Shown here in pieces: positions 1 through 13,481 of a DNA stretch of 64,000 nucleotides. The number at the start of each line of letters is the position of its first letter. Position 1 is the first letter of the stretch. The position numbers and the translations under genes were made by a program. The notes below the pieces were generated by a model, which was not told the DNA's origin, searched no databases, and saw nothing but the letters and a program-made list of their open reading frames with translations. This stretch comes from Octopus vulgaris (Eukaryota): contig OX597818.1 in assembly GCA_951406725.2 (NCBI GenBank), positions 103,664,001-103,728,000 on the forward strand, in the 5' to 3' direction.

Positions 1-331
1 TTCAATAAAACCGCCATTGGCTCCAAACGACTTCGGAATCTCCTGCAACTCTTCTGGTTCGTCTCCTCGTTTAAGATGGTGAATGCTGTCATAATCCTAA
101 CCCTCATTTCATAGTTGGTGTTACAAGGCGTTACAGTTGTCCTCTCGCTCAACTTCGCGTCACACATAATAATCAAAAGGGTTTCAGTCTGTGGAGTGAG
201 GTGGCCAGATATTACTGTTGATGTGGTCGCAGAGAATGTCTGACAGCCATGAGTGGGTTCTACTGCTTGTGTGACATGGTGAAGAGTTCTGCTGCCGGAT
301 ATAGGGTCTCACAGCAGCCACCCTCTTGACC
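1..331 (-). mobile_element. Tc1/mariner transposase C-terminal remnant (maT/DD37D-like), degenerate
   Basis: Manual minus-strand translation reads RPYIRQQNSSPCHTSSRTHSWLSDILCDHINSNIWPPHSTD*NPFDYYV*. This matches the QQDSAPxH...WPPNSPDLNPLDY motif of DDD transposases. It contains stops and a frameshift. Confidence 0.8.
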
Positions 332-599
332 GAGAGCAGAGCTACCCCAGGAGAGAAAGAATATTCAAAAATGCGGGAGTGGTATGACAGTGGTAGGATA
401 CTGACAGAATCCGCTTAAATGGTTACATAACCTAAAAGTGACCTGTTGTGGTTGTAATAGTAGTGATTGGAATTTTTTTGAATATATCGTTTTTAATATT
501 TGCGTAGGTATTATTCTAAAGCCCTAGTGTCATGTGTGGTGAACGCATTCAAAAGGGGTTTATATTTTGGGATAAAATATAACTCTTTACAGGTTGCAT

Positions 600-1000
600 C
601 GTCCCTGAATTTTTAGAGGGTAAAAATTCTTAACCTGGGTTGTTTGCTAGTGTTGCAAATGTCGATGTGGTTCCTGAAGGCTAGTTTTCTGTATTCCCGA
701 ATTTTGGTCTGGGATCTAAGTAGAGCCATCGTTTGACGTAGACTGTTTTACGTTTGGCGTATGTATAGCTCTCGACATCCAAAGCAAGTTAATGCATATA
801 TTACGTTCCCCAAAGCACATGTGGAGTTGTTTTTCACTTTAAAACGTTGACCTTATTTGAAAGAGAAATCCGATTCCGTTGTTATGGTGACGAATATACA
901 ACGGTTAGGTCTTGAGCATTTTTTCTACTGACGGCTTCATTGTTGTTGTCGAGCGTAGTTGGGCTCGTGTTAGGAGACTTTACATAGGTTTGGGTTGTCT
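600..1000 (-). mobile_element. Penelope-like element GIY-YIG endonuclease remnant
   Basis: Minus strand translates RQPKPM*SLLTRA...FKVKNNSTCALGNVIYALTCFGCRELYIRQT*NSLRQ...HIDIC, the VIY-x-C-x2-C-x3-YIGQT signature of PLE endonucleases. Stops and a frameshift are present. Confidence 0.75.
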
Positions 1001-1171
1001 ATGAAATTAAGACCTATAATAGCAGGTCCAGCATGCCAAACCCACCGCCTCATTAACTTTTTAGATACCCTCTTAAAACCATTCCTCAAGCATATCAAAC
1101 GCTACATAATGGACGACCTAGATATGCTCAATCACCTCCCTAAAACAATAAGCAAAAACATTCTACTAGTA
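1001..1171 (+). mobile_element. Penelope-like reverse transcriptase fragment
   Basis: ORF 995..1288 begins KLRPIIAGPACQTHRLINFLDTLLKPFLKHIKRYIMDDLDMLNHLPK, the typical PLE RT motif 2 region (RPII...LD.LLKP). Confidence 0.75.
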
Positions 1172-1778
1172 CTTCAAATAGCTTTAGAAAGTCTAACGGA
1201 TGCCTGCCTTACATGGCTAATAACTGTGATTTGTCTTCAGTTTCTTTTATTTATTGTGCACTTGACAATGGTCCGCCCGTCTGACTGAGATTTTACATAT
1301 AATCCTTCCGACTGTTTCGTTGCTGCTGGAAGGTTTGGACGATTATAAGAGGCTCATAATAAATTTAATCTGTCACAGTATATATATGCGGCGTTCACCG
1401 TGTTTCCTGCAATTATACAAAATATTTAAATCTCCAGCAAACAAGCTGCGACAATAAAAAAAAACCGAGATGTAAATTCTCTATTTCACGAAGTGATTTA
1501 TGTAAATCTGTAAGAAATCAAGAAAAGAAGATTCTAGGCAGCAACACTCAAACATAAGTTCATACTTTAGTATATCTTACACCACGCAAAGCAAGTGTGA
1601 AAAAATGAACAGCGCCGTTGTCGTATTGTCAGAATCCAAGCACATGAACTACTAAATAATCATATCGACTGTCGGTCACCTGCTACGAAATGGTAAATAG
1701 TTCATCTAGAATGTCTGGAAGCCACTTTTATTTTTCTCTAACATCACCACGTCATTTATAATACTGACATACTATCAC

Positions 1779-1847
<69 letters not shown>

Positions 1848-1892
1848 GTGTGTGTGTGTGTTATATATATATAATTATATATATATATATAT

Positions 1893-1980
<88 letters not shown>

Positions 1981-1986
1981 TAGTGT

Positions 1987-2031
<45 letters not shown>

Positions 2032-3293
2032 TCATAGATCCGTAATGAGCATGTTCTGTATTACGACAGTTCTATAAATACCTTGTGTCTGTAGTTGACT
2101 GAATAGTTGAATCATTTTTGGTTTTTGAGAACACGCTATTTTTTCAATATTGGTGATGAGCATGTTTGTAACATATCGTAGTGCCCAAAAAATGAAGGGA
2201 AAAAAAATCCGAAACTTCAATCCGAATTGTATTGCTGTAATTTTCTCAATCGTACTACGAAGGTGTTTTTTGCTTGCTTATTTTTTGCTACATCTTGACT
2301 TACGCTCGGCAATTGATTTCCTATAAGGTAGCTAGATTCTCTTTTTTGTCTCAGATCACTACGAAATGTACATTATATTTGAGATAGATGTAGGTTTCAC
2401 TGGGAGATTCTACTATTACTCTTTCATAATATGAATGTTGTCTGTAGAAATTTGAATTCTTAAATCTTATTTGTCTGTTGTATCTCAATATACAGTGCCT
2501 TGGGCACAATATGACCTCTAATTGGTACATAATAACATGAAGAAATTTAGGGAAACTGCTCCGGATGTGGGTGATATCCTCCATGATATCCAATGTCTGT
2601 ATGCATGTATATATGCATGCATATATAGATGTTCTGGTAATAGTCACGAGACAGGTGCACAAGTTACTTACCAGCAACTGAACCAGCGTAACACCAACAT
2701 TTTGTTGTACATTTGTGCTAAGTACTGCCGTAGATCATAGCATAATGTGGGCTATATACCTACGCACTTCTGTATTTGCGTGTATGATTGTATAAGGGTG
2801 CTTCTATTGATATGCATGCCTGCGAATGAGTAAATATTTATCTTTATGTTTGGATCCATTTACTCGTCTTTTTTAAATATATCTCTCTGGTTATCTAGAT
2901 ATTTCAAAAAATAATGAATAGTCATGAATACACACAGGGTGTCATCCGCGTCAATGCTTTCACTAAAGATTGATAAATGAAGAATTAAGTAAATTTTTGC
3001 GTGTAAGAAATAATGATGAATCTACGTAAGCGTTACACATTGCTGCCATACAAAAGGCATATGAATATACATGATATGTATATATCTCGATGTGAATAAA
3101 TACTCATATAAATGTATACTAGCTTGCATACAGGCATGTGTGTGTGCGCACACGCACACACACACATACATATATATATATACCTGAGTAAGCACATAAA
3201 TGCGTACCAAGGTGGAAAAATAGTACTCGAATACCAGAAGTAGAGTAACATGCTTTTTTAATAAAGTGTAATACTTAACCATTTCCTCACACC

Positions 3294-3341
3294 GTCTCCG
3301 ATGAAGGGATATATAAAATATGCCGGAAACAGCTGTAAGAC
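3294..3341 (+). ncRNA. Minimal type-I hammerhead ribozyme motif (PLE pLTR type, CCGAUGA core)
   Basis: GTCT-CCGATGA-AGGGATAT(ATAAA)ATATGCCG-GAAA-CAGCTG-TA-AGAC. Stem I is GTCT/AGAC, stem III is palindromic, and the cleavage triplet is GUA. Confidence 0.7.
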
Positions 3342-3410
3342 CTTCTCTTTATAAATGTTCTGAAATCTTTCACAGTCTTGGAATTTTATCACACTCTGTT
3401 AAATTTTCAA

Positions 3411-3448
<38 letters not shown>

Positions 3449-3467
3449 GTCTATGTGGATCTATATA

Positions 3468-3511
<44 letters not shown>

Positions 3512-3518
3512 TATATAC

Positions 3519-3554
<36 letters not shown>

Positions 3555-4360
3555 TAGATATATGAGCGAGCAGATACATATTTATACACATACATATATA
3601 TTCAGAAGCACATACACACGCACAGGCACGCACATAAACACCCCGCAACATGTTTGTATGTATTTTTATATGCACAAGTGTATGTGTATATACAGACATA
3701 CCCTGACATGTGTGTGGTGAGCGATGTGTGTGTGATTGCATATATTGACAGACGAACAGATTTCAGCCCAAATATATGCATATATATACGTTCAGAATCT
3801 GTGACATTCGTCATTAGTAATTACAATATTTCAATAACTAAAGAATAGATGAAAACATTAATCCTCTGTTTTAATAGAACTAAAAATTAGACAGATTTTT
3901 ACTTTCAATAGAAGCGGCATAGTTGAATGGTATTCATCTGTATTGTTCTTTTAATTGAAAAGGCCGTTTTATATTGTTCGAAGTGTTCAACAATTTTCAA
4001 AATTATTCATTTGTATTTTGTCTCACTTACAATTTGGCCATAGAACAAGAAGATATTTTTTTTATTTAAAATGTTGTAGTATTATTCATTGCAACCTAAC
4101 ATTAATTATAAATTAAGTCAATTCATCTATTATACCCTTAAGTCGGATATTTTGTTTTCTTTTGGCTCATCAATCCATCGAATTTTATGAATTGCACCAA
4201 CTATTACGCTATAGATTCATTTAGCTATTTATGCTTTCATCCATTGTTATAAACGAGCGAGACTTTAATGGATGTCATACCAATATAATGAAAGCGACTG
4301 AACAGTTGATGCGAATGAAAGTGAATATAAAACACGATTTTGATTACTAGATAGATTGTT

Positions 4361-4764
<404 letters not shown>

Positions 4765-5513
4765 TGATTCTGCAAAAGTAAATCTAAACTGTAATAACAA
4801 ACCCCTATTACACTAATATCTTTATCTTCAATTAAATACCGATAGACGGTATGTCTGTAGTTGTGATTCAGCATTGAATTAGCAAGCTATATTTTTGAAA
4901 GCCAGGACAACGCATTAAGCACACAGGTTCAATTTCCTCATTAGTCATTCTGTAAGTGAATGAATTAAACTTTGATTATCTCTATAATAGAATAGCTCTT
5001 TGTGTTTACTAGATCCTGTGTGAATGTATAGTCAGGTGTAACGTACATGTTGTTTAGATTCCTCCTTGGGATATAATTTATAGGTTAGTGATACTCAAAG
5101 ACAGTCACATTGGTAGTAACGTCCTCTGTTTCCTAGTATGTATATTTATTAATCTATTTCTTCACATCAAAGTCGAGTGTGCTTCATTCGCACTGTAATA
5201 ATGTTTGTATATTTATCGTGGTCTTATGTTATTAATAAGTTTAATTTTTGCCGTTAATACATTTGTTTATGTGGGCATCGTATAGGGCTTCTCATTACTT
5301 TTAGATGCACAACAGTACCGGAATGTTCGAATATTCTTTTTGTTTGTTCTATGTGGAGCATCTATGGTCATGGAAGGTGCTGTTTCCTTTTGGGGACGTT
5401 TGCTATGATTTATTCAATATTTCAAGACGAAGTGATACAATAATATTTCATATATCCAATCCGCCGTGCTGATCTGCTTCAATAATCAGTTATCTAAAAT
5501 AATGTTTTTTTAG

Positions 5514-5622
5514 TCAAACCCAACATGCTTATCTCCCTTATACCGGAAGAAATCCCTGATTACACGTTCCCCTGCCTGGAACCCCATATTTCACAACATA
5601 GCGAAGACATGACACGATGCAG
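5514..5622 (+). CDS. Candidate internal coding exon of an unidentified host gene
   Basis: Acceptor ttttttag and donor AG|gtaaag enclose 109 nt of non-repetitive sequence, open in phase 1 to 2: KPNMLISLIPEEIPDYTFPCLEPHISQHSEDMTRC. Confidence 0.45.
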
Positions 5623-5839
5623 GTAAAGAAATTTGAGAAATTTGAAAAGTTTACACGAAACCGGTTATTTCTCAAAAAACTGTGTTACTAAACACAAAAT
5701 TTTATAACATTTTTCTAGCATAACGACTAAACTATATTCTTTAACCTTATAACACAAGCCTTCTGTAGTTTTTGCACTGTTTTTTTTATTTTGTACATAT
5801 ATATATGTGTATATATATATATATATATAAGTATATATT

Positions 5840-5902
<63 letters not shown>

Positions 5903-6033
5903 CCGTTCACTTCAAATATACCGCCTATGCTTGATACCTTTTATTTATCATTTTCCTTGTAGCTCTCGTTTCAACTGTGCAAAAGCAACCGTAAAATCCA
6001 CAGCTATTAGGTGAGAGAGATAGAGAGTGTGTA

Positions 6034-6083
<50 letters not shown>

Positions 6084-6371
6084 TGCAGACAGAATAACTA
6101 TAGATATTTGGATTGATAGATAGATAAATAGACTAGTACATAAATAGATAGACAGACAGACAGATAGATAGCTAGATAGACAGGCAACATTTCTGTTTGC
6201 AATTTCCGTATTTTTAACCGCTTTATCATATATCATCGAAAAGGAAAAGTTTTACAGCACTTTGTCTATGACGATATGAGAACGGTTTCATTCTCTCTCA
6301 CTATTCTTCTCTATCCGCTCTCTTACTTCACTAAGTCTATCTCTGTAACTCTCTTCCCCCTCCTCGCTCTC

Positions 6372-6402
<31 letters not shown>

Positions 6403-9400
6403 CCTTTCCTGTCCCTTTCCCAAGTCTCACTGTTTGTCATCCATCTTCCTGCGTTTAACGCGTTTTCTTCCCCTCACTCTCTCCTTCCCTCTCTCCCCTC
6501 TCTCTCCTTTATATTTCCTTGCCTATCACTCATCGTACTGCGGTAATAAAAACTAAACGTTTCATCCAATATTTGCTGTGGTTATTCTTTGATGTAACAA
6601 TGTTTCAATGTATCTAGTTTTCTTTCGATGTATGTGTGTGTATACTCTGAAAATACTGTAAATATTAAAAAAAAAACAGGAAACGATTGACGCCTTCCTT
6701 TCAGTCACAACTCACCCTATCTGGCTACCGCAGCCCCTGTCGGTCCATCCTATCTCTCGTTTTGCCACTTCCTTCAACTATACCCCATCTATTTAACATC
6801 TTTTATTTGTCTTTGTCTTTTTACCTCTGCCTTGAAATGTCGCAGAGTAACAGTAACATCCAGAGCTATTTGCCGAGAGAGACAGACAGATAGAAGGAGA
6901 GAGAGAGAGAGAATGTGTGTGTGTGTTGTTGCTCCTCTTTGCCGTTTTGCCTCTCACTTCAACTATACTTCCTCTGATGAACAAGTTTTATTTCTCTCAT
7001 TTTACGTCTTCCATGGAAGTAAATGTGACACATATCACAGGTACTTCCTTGACTATATGAAAATTAGCAAATTAATATTTAGGATATTTATATATGTATG
7101 CGTTTTTTCTTTTATTATTTTATACTTCGATACGTTTCAGCGGTATGCATGTATATCTATGTGCGTGTGTATGCATGTTGGTGTTTGTGTCGGTTGTATT
7201 GAATGTGCTTAAGTATTACACACAGACTTGTGACCTGAGAGCGATATGGTGGGTGATGAATTATAAGTGATGTTAATTAACATTTATTTTTAGCCGATTT
7301 CGATCTTGATGTTTTAGCGAACCGTATGATGTGACGGAAGATATTTACTAATATACTTCACCGCAAACACATATCACGGTTTATTTGAAATCTTGTTTTC
7401 CATCCTAACACATTTTCCCCTGCATACATTGTAGCCGACATGCATATATACGTGTGGACTCATACATATGCACACATATAACAAAGATATAAAATGAAAA
7501 CTTTGTTTCGGTTATTTAGAAAAGTCAAATTCACTAGCAAACCGTTAGATTTTTAAGTAGTCTGGAACATGGTGTATAAGTACATGTAAATGTAACTAAA
7601 GGCTGAGGTACTGGTGAATGGGAAGATTGGTATGTAGAGATTATAAAGAAACATAGCAGTAACATAGCTGCTGTAATCAAGATAAAATGTTAACTGTTCC
7701 CCTGTTAGAAGAACAAATTAGCAGTTTAAACGTATAGAGTAGCAACCTATCAGCCAGCGCTCTAGGCACAAAAATTATACAATTTAACAACTTATACCGA
7801 CATTTAATGAAGGTGTTATTCTCACTGTAATATTCCTCTTAATTAATTATATGATTATAAATACCTAAGTAGAATTAGTTGGTGTTCTTTTTTTAAGTAT
7901 CTCGCTGTACATATCCTGAGGTAAGCAAAGATAGTTTTTGTAATTATTAACTTTCCCCAGGCAAAGTAATTTTTTCAGCTGTGTTTTCAAATTTTTGAGG
8001 TAAAATGATTATCTATAAGATGGATTTTGTAAATAGACTTGTATCTTTATATAAAACATAATTAAAATTTTCGACGCGGAGTCTATTCAGAAATATTGAC
8101 GACTATTTCGTCTTACTGAATTAGGAATATGAATTAATTCAATGATTATAAATTCTTGTTCATAAGAATTAGCAATGAGAATGTATTGCCTTGTGGTAAG
8201 TAGAATCTATTTTTCACATATTTTCTTTTTAATAGATGACTAAGTATAATATCTGATATGGGGAGTCTTTACTAATTAGCACATATTCCATCCCAACGTG
8301 TTTTTAGCAAGATTTTAATATTTGACGAAACAGTGTTCTCGATGAATATTCGTAAAAAGTTTTTCGACTATTAGACGGCAAAATTAATGACAATTCACAT
8401 GTATATAATGGGATAAAGGTTCAATGAGGGGAAAATTATAAAATAGTTATGCCTGGGGCAGAAATAAAAAACGAACTCAAGGTCGAGAAATGAAATGCTA
8501 GCATATTCGTCACAGATCTCGCCTCATCACATACTAGGCACATATAGCACAATATATTTCTAGAATTACTATACACTCTGCCTGAATTTTTAAAAAAACT
8601 GTGATGGCAATAACTGGAACATCGAATTAATCAAAACTGTTCTGAAACGAAACAAAATGTTCGTCGGTTTTCCAAGATGTTACTACCATGTAATGATGAA
8701 ACAAGCAGCAGAAACGAACCAAACAACTAAATATGGTAAATGAGAAAAGTTTCATTATATTTCTACAAATTAGTGTTCGGTGTATGTGACAAGAAGTTTC
8801 AATACAGATTTGTCTTGAAGGCAGCGAGCTGGCAGAAACGTTAGTAAATTCTTAGGGCAAATTCGTTCATCTTCACTGTCTGAGCTCTGCTGTAGCTCTG
8901 ATGAAAATAAAAGACAGTGTCCGTTCATTACTTTATTCAGTCGGTTGACTATAAATCATATACATATACATACACCAAATGGCTATGAGTAGCCAAGCTT
9001 CAGACATCTTTGATGACTTGCAATGAACGTTGCTATAAATTAATTTACAACCGTTTATTATGTAACTTACATAAACATGTAATTAACAATACTTATTCTG
9101 TATGAAACAATTGTTAAAAGTAATTAAATTATTAATTATATTTCAAATTTATTTGTTTTTAATTGTCTAAATGTATCCTTTAAGCGATAAATATATATAG
9201 AGAGACATTTTTGTCACATCAGTATAAGTTGAGATGCGATAGCTATTGTGCATGAAGTTAGAAGAAAAAAAACTATTTCTCTTAAAAAGATCTTATTTGC
9301 ATATATTTTTGTCCATGTAACTAGTTGAATAATAATCAACACTAAATTATACCCCGCTGGGGCTACATGAATTTTCTACTAACATTATAATGTTATACAG

Positions 9401-9589
9401 AGAATTTGAAATGTGATTCAAATTGTGAAATTTAGTATTAGTTCGCAAAGACGCGTTAAACAAAACACTGATATATATTTATTTTAACATTTCGTAATTC
9501 ATATATCAATATCTAGATTAGAACATTGAGGTCTATGTTACAGGTGACGCCATAGATTTCTTTCATTTGATTATCTAGTTCCAGGCGTC

Positions 9590-9860
9590 GATGATGATGA
9601 TGATGATGAGGAGGAGGAGGAGGGGGAGGAGGAGGATGTGCTGGCCATAATGTGATGGCCACAACTGGAACATCCAATTTATCACAGATGATCTGAAACG
9701 TAACAAAATGTTCGTTGATTTTCCACGATATTACTACCATGTAATGATCAAACAAGCAGGATGGCGGTGACGTTAATGATGATAACGATTTAGTTGATGA
9801 TGATGATGATGACGATGAAGATGATGATGACGATGATGATGATGTCGACGACAATGTTGA
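9590..9860. repeat. (GAT)n/(GAG)n triplet microsatellites
   Basis: Direct inspection. Confidence 0.85.
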
Positions 9861-12800
9861 TGGTAATCTTACGATGAACCTCAATGGTGGTATGAGATCA
9901 TTCATGATAATGATGACGATGAGGGATACGACACGGACAACAACATTATAAATATACATGAAGTTGAAGAAAGGGACATTACAAACTTGATAAGATGGTG
10001 CTTATAATCAATCTCTGAACGTCAATATTTTCATATTCATCAAAATATATTGAATCTTGCAAAATGGCAAAATCTACTTCGTTGCAGCTCCTTCTAAAAA
10101 GAGATGTAGATAGTGGAAGAATAATTATAGTTTTAATTCAAACTAACACTCGAATTCTACATTCTTAGTAATAATGGAACTCCACGTTATTCAAATAGAT
10201 GTAAAAAATAAATACTTTATATTAGCAAGTTTGTAATTTCAGTGAAGATGAAATATAGTAGAAAATAACGAGCACAAAATTCAATCTCACAACTTCTTAA
10301 AATTTTAATTTTCACAAATATTTGGAGTAGTTGTGCGCACATGTTTGAAATTATTTCAGACGCCTAGGATATACAAGAAATTTGTTTACGACAAATTTGA
10401 AGAATAAAGAATGAAGATCTAAGAGATGAATAGTATGAGAACATAACATGCCCCGTTTCATATTCTTTTCAAAGATATTGTCTTTTCTTTATAATTGCCT
10501 TTGCAGATGTTAAATTCCAGACACCATAAAATTTATAAATATAAAACAGAGAAGATGTAAGAACAGCAGTTATTGATCAAATCATTCACGAACAACACTT
10601 AAATGTTAATTTTACATGCAGAATAAATGAGTTGTTCACATCTGCCAATCAGCTCGAAAGTAAAACGATTTCGTGTGAAGGAACAATTACATGAACAAGA
10701 AAGGAAACCATTCAAATTTAAGTACATATAAGTTTATAGTTTCGTTATTCCGTCATAGCAATCATATTGAAAATATTATGAGCAAGTATCAATCTTTGAT
10801 ATGAAAATCGAATATGTAAATATATACGAAATAAAGAAAAGATCTATTTTTCTATTTTTTTGTTTTTATCCCCTTTCGTGAATTCATACGTGTCTTAAAA
10901 TAGCAACATTGTTATGATGGCTCGATCCTGTGGTGTTTGATACGAGATTACTGCGACGATAATGAAGATATATTGTTAAAACTTTAGCTTATGATACGGC
11001 AGAATATATATTGTTGTTCACAAAACAAACGATTAAGAGTTAATGATATACAGATTTTGTCGTTAACAAATTCTAAATGTAAACCACAGATACAGATAAG
11101 GCAATTAATGATTCAATAGAAGATGAGAAGTCGATGAGATATCGGACTATAAATATTTTCTAACAAACTTGTTTACCGTCTTAATGCAATTACTTCCGAG
11201 CCCGCAGATACTGCTGTGTGTTAATCCTTTTTTTTTTAATCTTAAAACAATTTACTTGTCTCTACATATTTACCCCTTTATAGTCGACACGGACAATCTT
11301 GAAAATTATCAGCGTCAACGTTCTTTTAGAGATGCTACCATGGAGCAACTCTCAGTAGAGATTGATAAAATGAAATATAGTTACAAGATATAGACATGCA
11401 TATATCACTCACAAATCATCATTTAGTATACATGTATGACAGTATATATGATTGAGATACATATGTATCAACTCTGTTCAAGAAAATATATTGGTTGTTA
11501 TTTGCGCAACTGTGTATGTGAATTGCTGGAACAAATGATTCGATGTTTCCTGCATGTACAGGCATCCTTGTATAAAACTGTATGTCATTCACAGTTGTTA
11601 ATGTTGATAAAATTATAGAAATAGTTTTTAATTGGTCACTTGATCAGTATAAAAGAATAGTAACGAAATATTCCGACAATACATATCCAATGTCTCCAAG
11701 TAAAAGGAGTAGAATGGATAGAAAAGAGTTAGAGATAAATATACTGTACATGAAGCAAAATACTATATACTATATGGTTACCCATTTTACTGTTTGTCTG
11801 TCTACTTTATCACGCTGATCTATTTGTGAACAAAATATAAATATAAAACAGCAACAAATAACAATATAATAATCAACAAATAAGATTTATTTTTAAACTG
11901 CAGCTTGTATATTTTGAAAATTTCCTATTGATAAAAAAAAATCACATTCTGAGTTTACACTGAATAAATTCAGCTCCAGCAGAAAATCTTCATTCAGCAA
12001 ATCTCCACATTGGAGCACTGTACACATGACATATATTCACGCAGCTTCATAGATATCAAATAAAAAATGTCGATGTCTGGTTACTCCAATTCTTTGAGTG
12101 AAAATTATAAAGCTGAATGGCTATAATCACGTATTCCATCATTCCTGTAAATATATTCTATCTTTGCCAGGACTTAACAGCCTGAGACGAAGTGATATTT
12201 TTCGTTTGATGTTCTCTGTTAATTCAGAAAAAAGCCATTAGCCTCGTGTGTGTTTGTCATCAATATCAATGTAGGATCCGAATAGCAAATTGTTGTCATT
12301 TTTTTGTTTCTTTTTCTTACCTAAATGTATCCACGCCTTTTAACTTCTGTTTTATTATATGTTTGTACTATGGGCCAGGTCATGAATAGGATATATGGTG
12401 ATATATTTTCCAGCAGTAGTTTCAATATTTAGTATTTGTGTAATAGGCTTCTAAATTATTCCTATCTTATTTTCTCTACCAGTATATTTTGAATTTCATC
12501 TGATTCATCTACTGATGGCTATGTACAGGCATGTTCAATTCTTTGATTTCTATGTATTACCTATTATATGAGATAATTTAATTTCTGTATGTGTCTGAAT
12601 TTGTACAGTTTTAATAATTCACCAACTGACTGCTGTCATGATACATTCGGTATTAGGCGTAATTAGATTTCTTAAAGTATATTCTACATAGAATTAAGTA
12701 GATGAACATTAATCAATAAGTTATTTTATTTTAGGGATGCAAAATTAAAAATAAAAATAAGAGTAGATCTAATTTAGTTACTTTCGTTTTAATACAGTGT

Positions 12801-13189
12801 ATATTTAAGAGATAGTATCTTTACAGAAATAAAATTTTAAGGACAGCAAGTAAAAGACTTTTGCAAATGGGTGCCGACAAAATTATAAAAATATAGATAG
12901 CAGTGGTATAGAGGACACATTTCTTCTAGCTGTGTTTCATTTTATGTACGAGGAATAAAAATTCTCTTTTTTTTCTTTTGGTGGGTGGTGGAGCGTGCAC
13001 CTGGAGTAGATGTGCAGAAGGCTGTAGATGGGAGCGGCTGACTTTCATTACTACGGTAAAATTATATTCCGAGATAAGATTGATATAAAATTCTGGAGTT
13101 CATCATGCCCGACTCTCTAATATGTAAATATCCCTTCAAATGGCTGACGGTTAGTAAGGAGAGACACAAATAAGAAAGAAGAAAACAAA

Positions 13190-13234
13190 GGACCACTGAT
13201 GCGGTCACAGGAGTGTGACGAAAGAACTGTGGCC
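13190..13234 (+). ncRNA. Degenerate hammerhead-like motif
   Basis: GACCA-CTGATGC-GGTCAC(AGGAGT)GTGAC-GAAA-GAAC-TG-TGGCC. Core position A9 and the cleavage position are non-canonical, so it is probably inactive. Confidence 0.35.
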
Positions 13235-13445
13235 TAAATAAGATTAAGATTAATGTAAAAAATAAATAACACTGAAGCAAAATAACACCAAATATATAGT
13301 GCGTGTGTTTTTATTGGCTAAACTGGCAATATGACCATTCCGAAATATAACAATATCTGTTTCAACACACGACTTCACATAAAAAATCTTGCACAACAAA
13401 TATTTAAACGTATATATATATATATATATATAGAGAGATATATAT

Positions 13446-13475
<30 letters not shown>

Positions 13476-13481
<6 letters not shown>

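Noticed and set aside
1304-1333. CCTTCC...GGAAGG hairpin with GAAA-CAGTC on the minus strand
   Set aside because: There is no CUGANGA-like core, so it cannot be called a hammerhead.
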